From: Verrucomicrobiota bacterium
GTDB lineage: Bacteria; Verrucomicrobiota; Verrucomicrobiia; Limisphaerales; AAA164-E04
NCBI GenBank assembly: GCA_047947115.1
Contig: CP170459.1
Span: 4,448,001 to 4,512,000, forward strand
Direction: 5' to 3'
DNA length: 64,000 nt
A program made the position numbers and the translations under genes. Within the stretch, counting starts at the first letter, position 1, and the number at the start of each line of letters is the position of its first letter. Below are positions 40,256-50,809 of the stretch, one piece after another. The notes under the pieces were generated by a model, which had not been told where the DNA came from, did not search any database, and was given only the letters and a program-made list of their open reading frames with translations.

Positions 40256-41371
40256 ATGAAGCATTCAGACCGCATCCCATTTGAACGCTCGAAATTGAAG
40301 GTTTTTCCTCTCGAAGAACGTAAGAGCCTGACACGAGTTGAGGATATTCTGCTCGATCCGGATGAGACTCCGGCTGAAGTGGATGCTTTGCGGAAAAACC
40401 AAATCCGACAATCTGCACAATCCATTCGGCAAAGCCGGGACAAAGGCGCTTCGGTCATGTTGATTTACGGGGCTCATCTGCTGCGAAATGGCACCGCACA
40501 GATACTGGACTGCATGATGGAACAAGGCTGGATCACCCACCTGGCCACCAACGGAGCGGGCACCATTCACGATTTTGAATACGCCTACCTCGGTCGATCC
40601 ACCGAATCCGTCCGGGACAACGTCGAAGCAGGGACGTTCGGAGCCTGGGATGAAACAGGGCGATCCATCATGCTCGCCCTGATATCTGGAGCATTGAATG
40701 GCAACGGATACGGTGTATCACTGGGCAAATTCATTGCGGAAGATGGATGCGACTTGCCTGGACCGGAAATCCTGCAACAGGCATTGACCACCGACCCGAC
40801 CAACGCTCTCGCAGGAGCGCAGGCGGATTGTCTGCAGATCATGTTGCAATTTGGACTGGAAGGCGGATTTCAGCCGAGCTTTCACAAGTGGAAACACGGT
40901 TCAATCCTCGCAAGCGCCTTTCAACGCGGAGTCCCGGTCTCCGTGCATCCCGGCATCGGTTATGATATCATCACCAACCACCCCATGTTTCGGGGATCTG
41001 TGGTGGGACGCGCGGCTGAGTTGGATTTCGGTTTGTTCAGTGAAGCGGTGGAGGGGTTGGACAACGGCACCGTGTTGAGCGTGGGTTCGGCAATCATGGG
41101 ACCGCAAGTTTTTGAGAAAAGCCTGAGCTGCGTGCATAATCTGCGCCAACAGAAAGGCATGGGCAATGTCTCAGGTCATTCCATCCACATCGTGGACCTT
41201 CAAGACGGGGGGAACTGGGATTGGACACAAGGTGAACCCCCAAAATCCAACCCGGCGTATTACCTTCGATTCTGCAAAAGCTATTCCCGCATGGGTGGCG
41301 AGATGCATTACATTCAATGCGACAACGCAGCATTTATCCATCACCTCTATCATCAACTCAAGCACGCATGA
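40256..41371 (+). CDS. Conserved hypothetical protein with a deoxyhypusine-synthase-like nucleotide-binding fold
   Basis: LIYGAHLLRNG, THLATNGAGTIHDFE, VHPGIGYDII, LSVGSAIMGPQVFEK resemble DHS-like fold motifs. Confidence 0.6.
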   Translation: MKHSDRIPFERSKLKVFPLEERKSLTRVEDILLDPDETPAEVDALRKNQIRQSAQSIRQSRDKGASVMLIYGAHLLRNGTAQILDCMMEQGWITHLATNGAGTIHDFEYAYLGRSTESVRDNVEAGTFGAWDETGRSIMLALISGALNGNGYGVSLGKFIAEDGCDLPGPEILQQALTTDPTNALAGAQADCLQIMLQFGLEGGFQPSFHKWKHGSILASAFQRGVPVSVHPGIGYDIITNHPMFRGSVVGRAAELDFGLFSEAVEGLDNGTVLSVGSAIMGPQVFEKSLSCVHNLRQQKGMGNVSGHSIHIVDLQDGGNWDWTQGEPPKSNPAYYLRFCKSYSRMGGEMHYIQCDNAAFIHHLYHQLKHA

Positions 41372-42381
41372 CCGAAGCACGTATCAGAGAAATCCTTGAC
41401 GGATACGAACGACTCCGCATTGCGATCGTGGGGGATTTCTGTCTGGATCGATATTTTGAAATCGACCCGACCCGCAAGGAAGTTTCCATAGAAACCGATC
41501 TGGAAGTTTACAACGTCACCCGGGTGCGCACCCAACCCGGAGCCGCGGGAACCATCCTGAACAATCTGGTTGCCCTGGGTATTCCTGAGATACACACCAT
41601 AGGGTTCTGTGGAGCGGATGGTGAGGGGTGGTTGCTGAAACAGGCTCTCGGAAATTTACCGGGTGTCCACACCCGTCATTTTCTGGAAACAGATCTGCGG
41701 CACACATTCACCTATTCAAAACCATTGATCATTGAAGAAGGAAAAACACCCAGAGAGCTCAATCGTTTGGATATCAAGAACTGGACCCCTACTCCCCGTT
41801 CCATCTCCGAATCTCTGTGTGCGGGAATCGAAGCCATCGCCGAGAACGTGGACGCCATGATTGTCATGGATCAAGTGGACCTCGAGGACACGGGCGTCGT
41901 TACGCGTGAGGTACTGGATTGCCTGGGCAGTATTCAATCAAACCACCCCACCCTACCCATCATTGCCGATAGTCGGCGCAGCTTAAAATCCTATCCCAAC
42001 CTGACATTTAAAATGAATGCCGCCGAATTGTCACAATGGATTGGAGTTTCACAGCCGTTGAATCCTGACGAAACCCGCAACCATGCACAAAAAATGGCTC
42101 AACAAACAGGACATCCGGTTTATGTTTCCATGGCAGATCAAGGTATCGTAGGAGCAAGCGCATCCGGTGAACCAGTGCATGAACCCTCCCTTCCACTGAG
42201 GGGCCCTATCGACATTGTCGGCGCGGGTGATTCGGTCACGGCCAACCTATGCGCTGCATTGGCATCAGGCGCCACTCAACAGGAAGCCATGCGACTTGCC
42301 ATGCGGGCGGCTTCCTGCGTCATCCACCAATTGGGAACCACCGGTACCGCCACGTGTCAGGATTTGCTGACCCTCAAATAG
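41368..42381 (+). CDS. PfkB/ribokinase family kinase, RfaE/HldE (heptose-7-phosphate kinase)-like
   Basis: IAIVGDFCLDRY, PGAAGTILNNL, ADSR, KMN..E, IDIVGAGDSV. The ATGA start overlaps the upstream stop. Confidence 0.88.
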   Translation: MTEARIREILDGYERLRIAIVGDFCLDRYFEIDPTRKEVSIETDLEVYNVTRVRTQPGAAGTILNNLVALGIPEIHTIGFCGADGEGWLLKQALGNLPGVHTRHFLETDLRHTFTYSKPLIIEEGKTPRELNRLDIKNWTPTPRSISESLCAGIEAIAENVDAMIVMDQVDLEDTGVVTREVLDCLGSIQSNHPTLPIIADSRRSLKSYPNLTFKMNAAELSQWIGVSQPLNPDETRNHAQKMAQQTGHPVYVSMADQGIVGASASGEPVHEPSLPLRGPIDIVGAGDSVTANLCAALASGATQQEAMRLAMRAASCVIHQLGTTGTATCQDLLTLK

Positions 42382-42458
42382 AAGTGAGCGTGGAGCCAAT
42401 GAGTGACGAAAGTTTTGGATCCCATCCCAGTTTTGATTTTCCATCAACGAACAAGAGA

Positions 42459-43016
42459 TTACAACGCATCCTCTTCTTCGCCTTCATCACACGCATCCAG
42501 AAAATGGTTTTCCAGAAAAGCACTCAATCTGGCTGACTGATCAAACAGCTCGTCCTTCGCCTGATTGATGCTTTCATCGGCGGTTAAATCCCAGGGTTGT
42601 GAAAGGATTTCTTCCGTGCGGAGAAACAAAGGCACATCCTCATCGTTGTTGCCCAGTTTGTTGAGTATGGCCTTGACTGCCTGCAAATGTTCAATGGCCT
42701 GTTGAATGGTGGAACAGCATTCGGTCTGGTCAATTTCCTGATTAACGAAACGTTGAATGAGGCGACAGTCGAAAGACGCGCACATGCTGGGTCGATTGTC
42801 ATAGATCCGGCAGTGGTTTTTGTCTTTCAGACAGGCGCAAGGTTGAACCAGGTAAGACTGCTGGTCGTGTTCCTCGAGTTCAACCCCCATGTCGCAAAGC
42901 GATTTACGCTCTTTGTCTCCCTGCAACTGGACATCCACAAACAGCACCCCGGAACAGCAAAGTCCGCATTCGGCACATATTTTCCGTATGTTCTCAGTAA
43001 GATCAGGTGTCGCCAT
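42459..43016 (-). CDS. YkgJ family cysteine-cluster protein
   Basis: CAECGLCC...QPCACL...CRIYDNRPSMCASFDC. Confidence 0.88.
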   Translation of the reverse strand: MATPDLTENIRKICAECGLCCSGVLFVDVQLQGDKERKSLCDMGVELEEHDQQSYLVQPCACLKDKNHCRIYDNRPSMCASFDCRLIQRFVNQEIDQTECCSTIQQAIEHLQAVKAILNKLGNNDEDVPLFLRTEEILSQPWDLTADESINQAKDELFDQSARLSAFLENHFLDACDEGEEEDAL

Positions 43017-43028
43017 ACGAACGAACCC

Positions 43029-44603
43029 CTATTCGTTGAATACTGGCTCCAGAAGCGGATTCCCATCCACATCAGTGTCCACTTCCTCTACCGTGATGGC
43101 ATGACGGTCAAACACCGAACCTTCATTCAGCGAAAGTTGGGCGAGGGCTTTGTTGTATTCTGCCAATGCATTGATCTCATTGGAGCGGGCGGCTGTCAGA
43201 TCACGCTGTAACTGCAGCACGATGAAGCTGGTACTCTTGCCCACCTCAAGCTTCTTCTGCTCGGCATCCAAAGCTGCTTCGGCAAATTCCCGTTCCTGGC
43301 GGGTTGCTTCGACACGCTGAATGTTGATCTTGGTCAAGGAAACCGCATTTTCAATATCCACCATGATTTGCTGCTCCATGCGCTTAAAATTCAGCTTGAG
43401 CTGTTCAGCCTGGGCCTTGGCAGTCTTGAGGCTGTAACGCTCCTGGCGACGGGTCAATGGCATGCTTAATTCAGCCCCGACAGACCAAACAGGATTGTCC
43501 CGCCCTGTGAATTGATCAAAAAGATCTCCATAACTTCCGTCTCGGGCCTGGGCGGAATACCCGATGCTGCCGATCAAGTCCAACTGAGGAAAAAGCTGAT
43601 TGCGCCTGAACTTGACCAGGATGCCCTGATTTTCCAATCCTTTGCGACGTTCCGCCAAATCGGGACGATTGTTCATCCCTTTGTGCCAGCTGTCCTGTAA
43701 ATCCGTCACGACCGGGACGGCACGCAGGCCCTCCGTAGGTTGGATGGTCACATTCATCCATGCCGTGTATTCGTCACTCAACAAGTTCTTGAGGTCGTTT
43801 TGACGCACCACCAGGGTTCGATTGGCACCGAGCAGATCGGCGCGCCTGGCGGCGACCTGGGATTCAGCCTGTTTCTCGTCCAGGGGAGCCATGGTGCCAA
43901 TTTCAACACGCTTCTTGTTTTCAGACAGAAGCCGTTCGGCCAGTTGCACTGCCTTCTCCTGCACTTTGACGTTTTCCTGAGCAAAGATCAGGTCGTAGTA
44001 GGCCAGTTCCACCTGGGTCAGGGTGTTCATGATCTGCCATTGCAACAAAAAATCTGACTGGGTCAACTGGTTCTTGGCCAACTTGATGTTCAGACGGGAA
44101 CCATCGATCCAAAAATTCTTCAACAAGGGCTGACGCAATTGAGAAAACGCTGCATTCCCTGAAAACTGATTGAAGGTAAAACCTGAATTGTTCACCTCGG
44201 TTTCAGACACCGAGGTCTGAAAGGAATACTGGGTGCCGGTTGGCAACAGCCCGGAAATGCCGGTGCTGTAATTGTCCGTATCACTCGATGAACCGGGAAT
44301 GGTACCGATGGTGGGATCGAATCGTCCGGGTTCCTGCCGATGAAACTGACGATAACTGAAAAAGAAATTCGGATCGTATGCCCCCTCTGAAACCTTCAGG
44401 TCATACAACGATAATTCAGGGTTCACCCGCTCAATCTGCACGGTCAAATTGTCTTGAAGGGCTATTTCAAAACAATCCTCCAATGAAAGTGAACGGGATT
44501 CCTGTTGTGCACTTAAACTGGCTTGCTGAGCAAAGGTAAACGGGATGGCCAACAAGGTGGCCGTCCAAAAGGGTATCGTCTTCATTATGAAAAGTTTCTT
44601 CAT
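43029..44603 (-). CDS. TolC family outer-membrane protein
   Basis: Signal peptide, LSLEDC.EIALQDN, QPLLKNF, AYYDL, RPDL, LFPQLDL, AEQKKLEVGKSTSF. The start is uncertain (44585-44648). Confidence 0.88.
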   Translation of the reverse strand: MKKLFIMKTIPFWTATLLAIPFTFAQQASLSAQQESRSLSLEDCFEIALQDNLTVQIERVNPELSLYDLKVSEGAYDPNFFFSYRQFHRQEPGRFDPTIGTIPGSSSDTDNYSTGISGLLPTGTQYSFQTSVSETEVNNSGFTFNQFSGNAAFSQLRQPLLKNFWIDGSRLNIKLAKNQLTQSDFLLQWQIMNTLTQVELAYYDLIFAQENVKVQEKAVQLAERLLSENKKRVEIGTMAPLDEKQAESQVAARRADLLGANRTLVVRQNDLKNLLSDEYTAWMNVTIQPTEGLRAVPVVTDLQDSWHKGMNNRPDLAERRKGLENQGILVKFRRNQLFPQLDLIGSIGYSAQARDGSYGDLFDQFTGRDNPVWSVGAELSMPLTRRQERYSLKTAKAQAEQLKLNFKRMEQQIMVDIENAVSLTKINIQRVEATRQEREFAEAALDAEQKKLEVGKSTSFIVLQLQRDLTAARSNEINALAEYNKALAQLSLNEGSVFDRHAITVEEVDTDVDGNPLLEPVFNE

Positions 44604-44673
44604 TCCGGTTTTATTCACTGGATATTTCAAAGGGGTAGTATGCATCATTGAGGGAGATACTCAACGGTGATCT

Positions 44674-46464
44674 TCAATGGTATTCCTGAATGGGCTTGAC
44701 CGAGTATCCGTTTTTCTTCAAAGCCGCGATGGCGGCGGTGGCAGCTCGGGCGCTACTCAATGTGGTCATGATCGGAACCCTGCAATATACAGCGGTCGTT
44801 CGGATCTTGACCTCGTCCGCTCTGGGAGCCTGGCCGGAGGGTGTGTTGATCACCAGATCAATTTCACCATTCTTCAATAAATCAACTGTATTGGGACGTC
44901 CCTCGCTCAATTTTTTGATCTCCCTCACCTTCAACCCTGCCTGAGTCAGCACTTTCGACGTTCCTTCTGTGCAGATCAGCTCGAATCCCAATTCAGCCAG
45001 CTCTTTGGCAATATCCACGATCTTCTCCTTGTCCGACTGATTCACACTGATGAATACACGCCCTTCCAACGGCAGCGGCGCATGAGCCGCCATCTGGGAC
45101 TTTGCATAGGCCGTCCCGAGATCGGCATCCAAGCCCATGACTTCGCCTGTGGATTTCATCTCGGGTGATAACAGAATGTCCTGTCCGAAGAACTTGTTGA
45201 ACGGGAACACCGATTCTTTGATCGCCCAGTATTTCGGCCAGATCTCTTCGTTGAACCCAAGATCCTTCAGTTTTTCCCCAGCCATCACCTTGGCGGCCAG
45301 TTTGGCAAGCGGTACACCGATGGCTTTACTGACAAAAGGAACAGTTCGGGAAGCACGCGGGTTTACTTCCAGCACATAAACGACCTCATCCTTCACTGCA
45401 TACTGAACATTCATCAACCCTATCACCTTCAACTCCTTCGCCATGGCGTGAGTATATTCGCGAATCGTATCGATCACTTGTTGGCTGAGGGTGTGTGGTG
45501 GCAGCACCATGGCGGCGTCACCGCTGTGCACACCAGCGAACTCAATATGTTCGAGCATCCCGCCGACCACGATGGTTCCCTGCGCGGGATCTTCAAACAA
45601 TCCCACATCAGTGATGCAATCCACATCCACCTCCGTGGCGTCTTCCAGAAATTTGTCCACCAGGACCGGTCGTTCGGGAGAGGCTTCCACCGCGTAACGC
45701 ATATACTGCCTCAGCTCGGCATCCGAATAAACAATCTGCATGGCCCGCCCGCCCAAAACAAAACTAGGACGTACCAGCACGGGATACCCAAGCTCCTTGG
45801 AGGCTTCCAAAGCTTCTTCTTCGTTGACAGCCAACCCGTTGGATGGTTGCGGGATGTTCAATTTATGCAGCATCGCCGCAAAAAGTTTTCGATCCTCGGC
45901 GGTTTCAATGCTGTCCGGAGAGGTTCCGATGATGTTGACCCCGTTTTCACGCAAACCAATGGCAAGATTCAAAGGCGTTTGACCTCCAAATTGCACGATC
46001 GCCCCCCAGCATTTCTCACGATGATAGATGTGCAGCACATCTTCCAGAGTCAAAGGCTCGAAGAAAAGTTTATCACTCGTATCGTAGTCCGTTGAAACGG
46101 TTTCCGGGTTCGAGTTCACCATAATGGTCTCAAAACCGGCCTCCTTGAGCGCAAAGGAGGCATGCACACAGCAATAATCGAACTCAATTCCCTGCCCGAT
46201 ACGATTGGGTCCTCCACCAAGAATCATGACCTTGCGCGTGTCTGTGTCGACCACCTCATCATCGCCGCGATCATAGGTGGAATAAAAATAGGGCGTGTAA
46301 GCCTCAAATTCCGCGGCACAGGTATCAACCAGGCGATAACTGGGTATCAGTCCGTTCTGATGGCGGTATTCACGAATTTCCTGCTCCGTTTTTCCGGTCA
46401 GGTTGGCAATTTGTTTGTCCGAGAATCCGTATGATTTGGCTTTGGCGATTAATTCTAAATTCAT
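44674..46464 (-). CDS. carB: Carbamoyl-phosphate synthase large subunit, C-terminal half only (split CarB)
   Basis: Begins at AKSYGFSDKQIA, then VDTCAAEFEA.TPY, GGGPNRIGQGIEFDYCC, VRPSFVLGGRAM, EVNPRASRTVPF and an MGS domain. It is 596 aa, compared with about 1070 aa for full-length CarB. Confidence 0.93.
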   Translation of the reverse strand: MNLELIAKAKSYGFSDKQIANLTGKTEQEIREYRHQNGLIPSYRLVDTCAAEFEAYTPYFYSTYDRGDDEVVDTDTRKVMILGGGPNRIGQGIEFDYCCVHASFALKEAGFETIMVNSNPETVSTDYDTSDKLFFEPLTLEDVLHIYHREKCWGAIVQFGGQTPLNLAIGLRENGVNIIGTSPDSIETAEDRKLFAAMLHKLNIPQPSNGLAVNEEEALEASKELGYPVLVRPSFVLGGRAMQIVYSDAELRQYMRYAVEASPERPVLVDKFLEDATEVDVDCITDVGLFEDPAQGTIVVGGMLEHIEFAGVHSGDAAMVLPPHTLSQQVIDTIREYTHAMAKELKVIGLMNVQYAVKDEVVYVLEVNPRASRTVPFVSKAIGVPLAKLAAKVMAGEKLKDLGFNEEIWPKYWAIKESVFPFNKFFGQDILLSPEMKSTGEVMGLDADLGTAYAKSQMAAHAPLPLEGRVFISVNQSDKEKIVDIAKELAELGFELICTEGTSKVLTQAGLKVREIKKLSEGRPNTVDLLKNGEIDLVINTPSGQAPRADEVKIRTTAVYCRVPIMTTLSSARAATAAIAALKKNGYSVKPIQEYH

Positions 46465-46710
46465 GTCTTCCTGAAGTCACCCTTTTGGAAGGTTAGTTAA
46501 AACGAGCAACGCACCGAAAGCAAGTACAGGCCGAAAAAGTCTTTAAAAAAGAAATCTCAACCACCCTCCCCACCCAAAACGCGCAAACAAAATCTGGAAA
46601 GCCCCCATCAAATCACTTGCCGCTCGGAACCACCTATCAATCCAGAAATTGAGAAAAAGGTCAGGCGATCGGTTCGCCTGACCTTTGAGCGTGCTGTTTT
46701 CAGCAAATGA

Positions 46711-47562
46711 TCAACGTCCGTTCCTGCGATTTTGTCCCCTCTCCTGGCCGTTTCCTTTTCCTCCCCTTTGGGGGATGGCTTGTGAAGATTCACATCCACC
46801 ATTGCATCCGCCTATCTGATTCCTGCCGCCCTGCCCCCGACCCTGCTGCACCCCGCGCTCACATTCACCGGCACAAGCGGCATCCGTGCCTGTTTTTCCT
46901 TACCCCCCTCGTTCAGCAGGGGTGAATACGATCGCATCATATACCTCTTGTCCAATGAATTGCGGTTCGTATACATCACCAGCCCGAAGGATCAGATTAT
47001 GGAAAGCCCGCAGGTGATTGCGCGAACCGCGCATCAAGTTTTCATAAACAGCCGCAACATCCTCATGTGTCGTACGATCCATGGCATCCATCAGATACCG
47101 AATGTCCAGTTCCTCAATCAGAGCACCCATTTTGCAGGCATCCAGAGCGGAAGTGCCACCTTTGGCGACGATTTCCTTATAGAGAGTTGCCAGTTCCACG
47201 TTTTGGAAGACACCCACTTCATCCTTGGTCACCGGATCAACCAAACCATATCGATCCAACAATCCCTTCAATGATTCCATGTGGCGTTGTTCTGATAAGG
47301 CAATATTGCCAAAAGCCTGAATGTTCCATCTATCTTGAAGCGTCAGATAGACATCACGAGCCAACTTTTCCTCCTCGCGCATATAAACAAGATCTTCCGA
47401 TTCCTGCATTGTCAAAGCAGCTGAAGGTGCTGTCATTGGATGAGTTTGCCTTGCTCCCCGGTTGCCGCCTCTCTGTTTTCCCCACCCCTGTGCTTCCAGA
47501 GTGTTTCCTATGATTACCAGACCGATTACTAAAGCGATGGCTTGCGTTTTGTTTGTTTTCAT
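46711..47562 (-). CDS. DUF2202 family ferritin-like exported protein with a premature TAA at 46900-46902
   Basis: MREEEKLARDVY, IALSEQRHM, IEELDI, YENLMRGSRNHLRAF. The same frame continues past the TAA for 62 Gly/Arg/Gln-rich codons to a TGA at 46711. Confidence 0.85.
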
Positions 47563-47679
47563 AATTTTCCTTTCTTAGATGTTTCAACGACTTTGTTGTT
47601 CTTCGGAAATCCTTTCTGCCCTTCCAATGAACTAGACGCCCCACAAGTAAAGGGTTTGTTTGGAAACGGATGTTTTTTT

Positions 47680-47695
47680 GTAAAGGATTCGTAAA
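47680..47695. promoter_or_regulatory. OmpR/CpxR-type direct-repeat site
   Basis: GTAAA-ggattc-GTAAA between the divergent DUF2202 and response-regulator genes, with another GTAAA at 47647. Confidence 0.45.
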
Positions 47696-47781
47696 TGTCA
47701 TCGACCAACCCAGAATTTTTAAGAAAGATGCTCCCAAAGCCAAAAAGCAAATAACACCGGCACCGAATCATACTGCCAGAA

Positions 47782-48217
47782 ATGGCCCCACAGCCCATGC
47801 CGCCAACAGACAATAAAAACACGCTGACACGTCTGTTAATCATAGATGATGACGTCAAATTTTGCCGCTTGATCTCAGACTACCTGGCCCCCATGGGTTA
47901 CTCGGTTGAAAGCGTGCATACAGGCCCGGAAGGCGTGGACCAGGCCATCTCAGGGGACTACCGGGCCATCATTCTGGATGTCATGTTGCCGGGCATGGAT
48001 GGATTTGAGGTACTGAAACATATCAGGCAGCAATCGTCCGGCCACCGCTCGGGAAAGATCCAGTGGCGGGGCGGGTTTGGGATTATCGATCGTAAAAACC
48101 GGCATCGAAGCATGCGCCGGATCCGTCACCTGCGCCAACCTCAAGCCTCGCGGCTTCGAGGTGCGAGTAGAACTCCCTGTCTATGATGGCGATGAAGCTA
48201 CACCACCATTAGCATGA
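47782..48217 (+). pseudogene. Deletion-fused remnant of an OmpR/CpxR-type response regulator (5' part) and a CpxA-type sensor kinase (3' end)
   Basis: REC N-terminus LLIIDDD...ILDVMLPGMDGFEVLKHIRQQS up to about 48036. In a different frame from 48035: RPATARERSSGGAGLGLSIVKTGIEACAGSVTCANLKPRGFEVRVELP...* (HATPase G2 box to C-terminus). Confidence 0.88.
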
Positions 48218-50809
48218 CCAGATAAGTTCGTTGTTCTGCGCATCAATGCGAATGGTGGAACCATGTTTGATCTTTCCCTCCAGCAGCTGCATGGCCAACG
48301 GATCCAGAATACGTTCCTGAATGGCCCGTTTCAGGGGACGAGCGCCAAATTGAGGGTCAAACCCTTCGCTTCCAAGGCATCGCTTCGCTTCGTTTGTCAG
48401 TTCCAGGGTGAGTTTTTGTGCGTCCAGTCTTTTGGACAGGATCTGGAGTTGAAAATCAACAATGATTGCCAGATCTTCCTCGCTCAAACTGTGGAAAACA
48501 ATGGTGTCATCCAAACGATTGAGAAATTCGGGCCGGAAATGTCGTTTCATCTCTTCCTGAATCCGCAGTTCCAGTTTGGCAACCGCTTGCGCGTCCTCTC
48601 GGTCGCCTTGAGCATAGAATTCCTGAATCAATGGTGACCCGATGTTGCTCGTCAATATGATCACCGTATTCTTGAAATCCACCTGCCGGCCCTGTCCGTC
48701 CGTCAATCGCCCGTCATCGAGCACCTGCAAAAGGATATTGAAAACATCCGGATGTGCCTTCTCTATTTCATCAAACAACACAACCGAGTAAGGCCTCCGA
48801 CGTACCGTCTCCGTTAATTGTCCACCTTCTTCAAATCCCACGTATCCAGGAGGAGCTCCAATCAGGCGGGCCACGGCATGCTTCTCCATGTATTCGGTCA
48901 TGTCAATGCGGACCATGGATTGCTCGTCGTCAAACAAAAACTCCGCCAGCGCACGAGCCATTTCTGTTTTTCCCACACCAGTCGGCCCGAGAAAAATGAA
49001 AGAACCGACGGGACGATCGGGGTCCTGCAATCCACTCCGGGCTCTTCTCACCGCATTGGAAACGGCCTTCACCGCTTCCTCCTGCCCGACGACGCGTTGG
49101 TGCAGACGCGATTCCATGTGAACCAGTTTTTCACGCTCGGATTCTAGCATTTTGCTGACTGGGACACCCGTCCAGGAAGCCACAACCTGTGCGATGTCTT
49201 CGTCGGTAACTTCTTCGTTCAGAATCTTGCTGTGATCATGCTGTTCTTTGAGTGCTTGTTCCGCTTTGCTCAACTGATCTTCGAGCTTGGGGATCTGGCC
49301 GTATTTGATTTGAGCGGCCTCGTGAAGATCTCCTTCGCGTTCCGCTTTTTCCATGGCCAAACGGGCTTCTTCCAGTTGGCTGTTGATCAAGCTGGCGGCG
49401 TTGATGGCGGCTTTCTCATTCTGCCATTGGGCTTTGAGTTCGGAAGCGGATTCTTTCAGGTTGGCCAGTTCTTGTTCAATCTTTGCAAGTCGATCGATGG
49501 ACGCTTGGTCTTTTTCCTTCTTCAGAGCTGTCTGTTCAATCTCCAATTGCATGATCTGGCGCTCAAGCTGATCGATTTCGGTCGGCATGGAATCCAGTTC
49601 AATGCGGAGTCTGGATGCCGCTTCATCCATCAGGTCAACCGCCTTGTCCGGCAGGAATCGATCGGAGATATAACGGTCGGACAGGGTCGCTGCAGCCACG
49701 AGTGCCGCATCCTGAATACGAATGCCGTGATGGTTTTCATACCGTTCCTTCAATCCCCGCAAAATGGCAATGGTCGCTTCAACCGTGGGTTCCTGAACGG
49801 AAACAGGTTGAAATCGCCTTTCAAGCGCCGGGTCTTTCTCAATGTATTTACGGTATTCATCCAGGGTTGTTGCACCGATACACCGCAGTTCTCCACGTGC
49901 CAACTGGGGTTTCAACATGTTGGCGGCATCGGCCGATCCTTCGGTTTTGCCCGCACCAACGATGGTATGAAGTTCATCGATGAACAATATGATTTTGCCG
50001 TCACTGGAGGTCACTTCCTTTAGAAATGCCTTCAACCGGTCTTCAAATTCTCCACGGTATTTGGCTCCAGCAATCATCGCCCCGATGTCCATGGACACCA
50101 GCTTTTTGTTCTTGAGTGATTCGGGGACATCCCCACTGATAATGCGGCGAGCCAGGCCTTCCACTATGGCTGTCTTACCGACCCCGGGCTCACCGATCAG
50201 GACCGGATTGTTCTTGGTGCGTCTCGAAAGCACCTGCATCACACGACGGATCTCTTCGTCGCGACCGATCACCGGATCGATCTTTCCGGCGCGCGCCAAA
50301 GCGGTCAAATCCTTGCCATACTTCTCAAGGGCCTTGTATTTGTCCTCGGGATTCTGATCCGTCACACGCTGGTTTCCCCGCAAATCCACCAGGGCCTTCA
50401 TTACGGGATCACGCTGGATACCCCTTTGCTTGAAATACTCCTTTAGAGTGGGTCCAGACTCCTGAACGATACCAAGCAACAAATGTTCGGTACTGGTGTA
50501 TTCATCTTTCAACTGCCGGGTTTCCGCCTCGGCCTTGTCAAAGGCTTTGCGAAGGGCCTGGCTCAGGTAAAGATCCGACGCCCCCTGCACCCGGGCCCTG
50601 CGTTCCAGCGCCTGCTCCAGCTGCTGCCTCAACGAAGTAGACGACTCACCCAGCTTCGTCAGCACGGAAAGCACCAGACTGTCCTCCTGATTCAGCAGCG
50701 CCAGAAGCAAATGCTCGCAATCAATCTCTTGATGCCCGCGGTCCTTAGCCAGTGACTGCATGTTCTGGACGGCTTCCTGCGCCTTAATGGTATATTTATC
50801 CAATTGCAT
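48209..50809 (-). CDS. clpB: ATP-dependent chaperone ClpB
   Basis: Two AAA+ modules ([16 protein letters not shown]), a long coiled-coil M domain, [10 protein letters not shown] and [10 protein letters not shown]; 866 aa. Confidence 0.98.
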   Translation of the reverse strand: MQLDKYTIKAQEAVQNMQSLAKDRGHQEIDCEHLLLALLNQEDSLVLSVLTKLGESSTSLRQQLEQALERRARVQGASDLYLSQALRKAFDKAEAETRQLKDEYTSTEHLLLGIVQESGPTLKEYFKQRGIQRDPVMKALVDLRGNQRVTDQNPEDKYKALEKYGKDLTALARAGKIDPVIGRDEEIRRVMQVLSRRTKNNPVLIGEPGVGKTAIVEGLARRIISGDVPESLKNKKLVSMDIGAMIAGAKYRGEFEDRLKAFLKEVTSSDGKIILFIDELHTIVGAGKTEGSADAANMLKPQLARGELRCIGATTLDEYRKYIEKDPALERRFQPVSVQEPTVEATIAILRGLKERYENHHGIRIQDAALVAAATLSDRYISDRFLPDKAVDLMDEAASRLRIELDSMPTEIDQLERQIMQLEIEQTALKKEKDQASIDRLAKIEQELANLKESASELKAQWQNEKAAINAASLINSQLEEARLAMEKAEREGDLHEAAQIKYGQIPKLEDQLSKAEQALKEQHDHSKILNEEVTDEDIAQVVASWTGVPVSKMLESEREKLVHMESRLHQRVVGQEEAVKAVSNAVRRARSGLQDPDRPVGSFIFLGPTGVGKTEMARALAEFLFDDEQSMVRIDMTEYMEKHAVARLIGAPPGYVGFEEGGQLTETVRRRPYSVVLFDEIEKAHPDVFNILLQVLDDGRLTDGQGRQVDFKNTVIILTSNIGSPLIQEFYAQGDREDAQAVAKLELRIQEEMKRHFRPEFLNRLDDTIVFHSLSEEDLAIIVDFQLQILSKRLDAQKLTLELTNEAKRCLGSEGFDPQFGARPLKRAIQERILDPLAMQLLEGKIKHGSTIRIDAQNNELIWSC

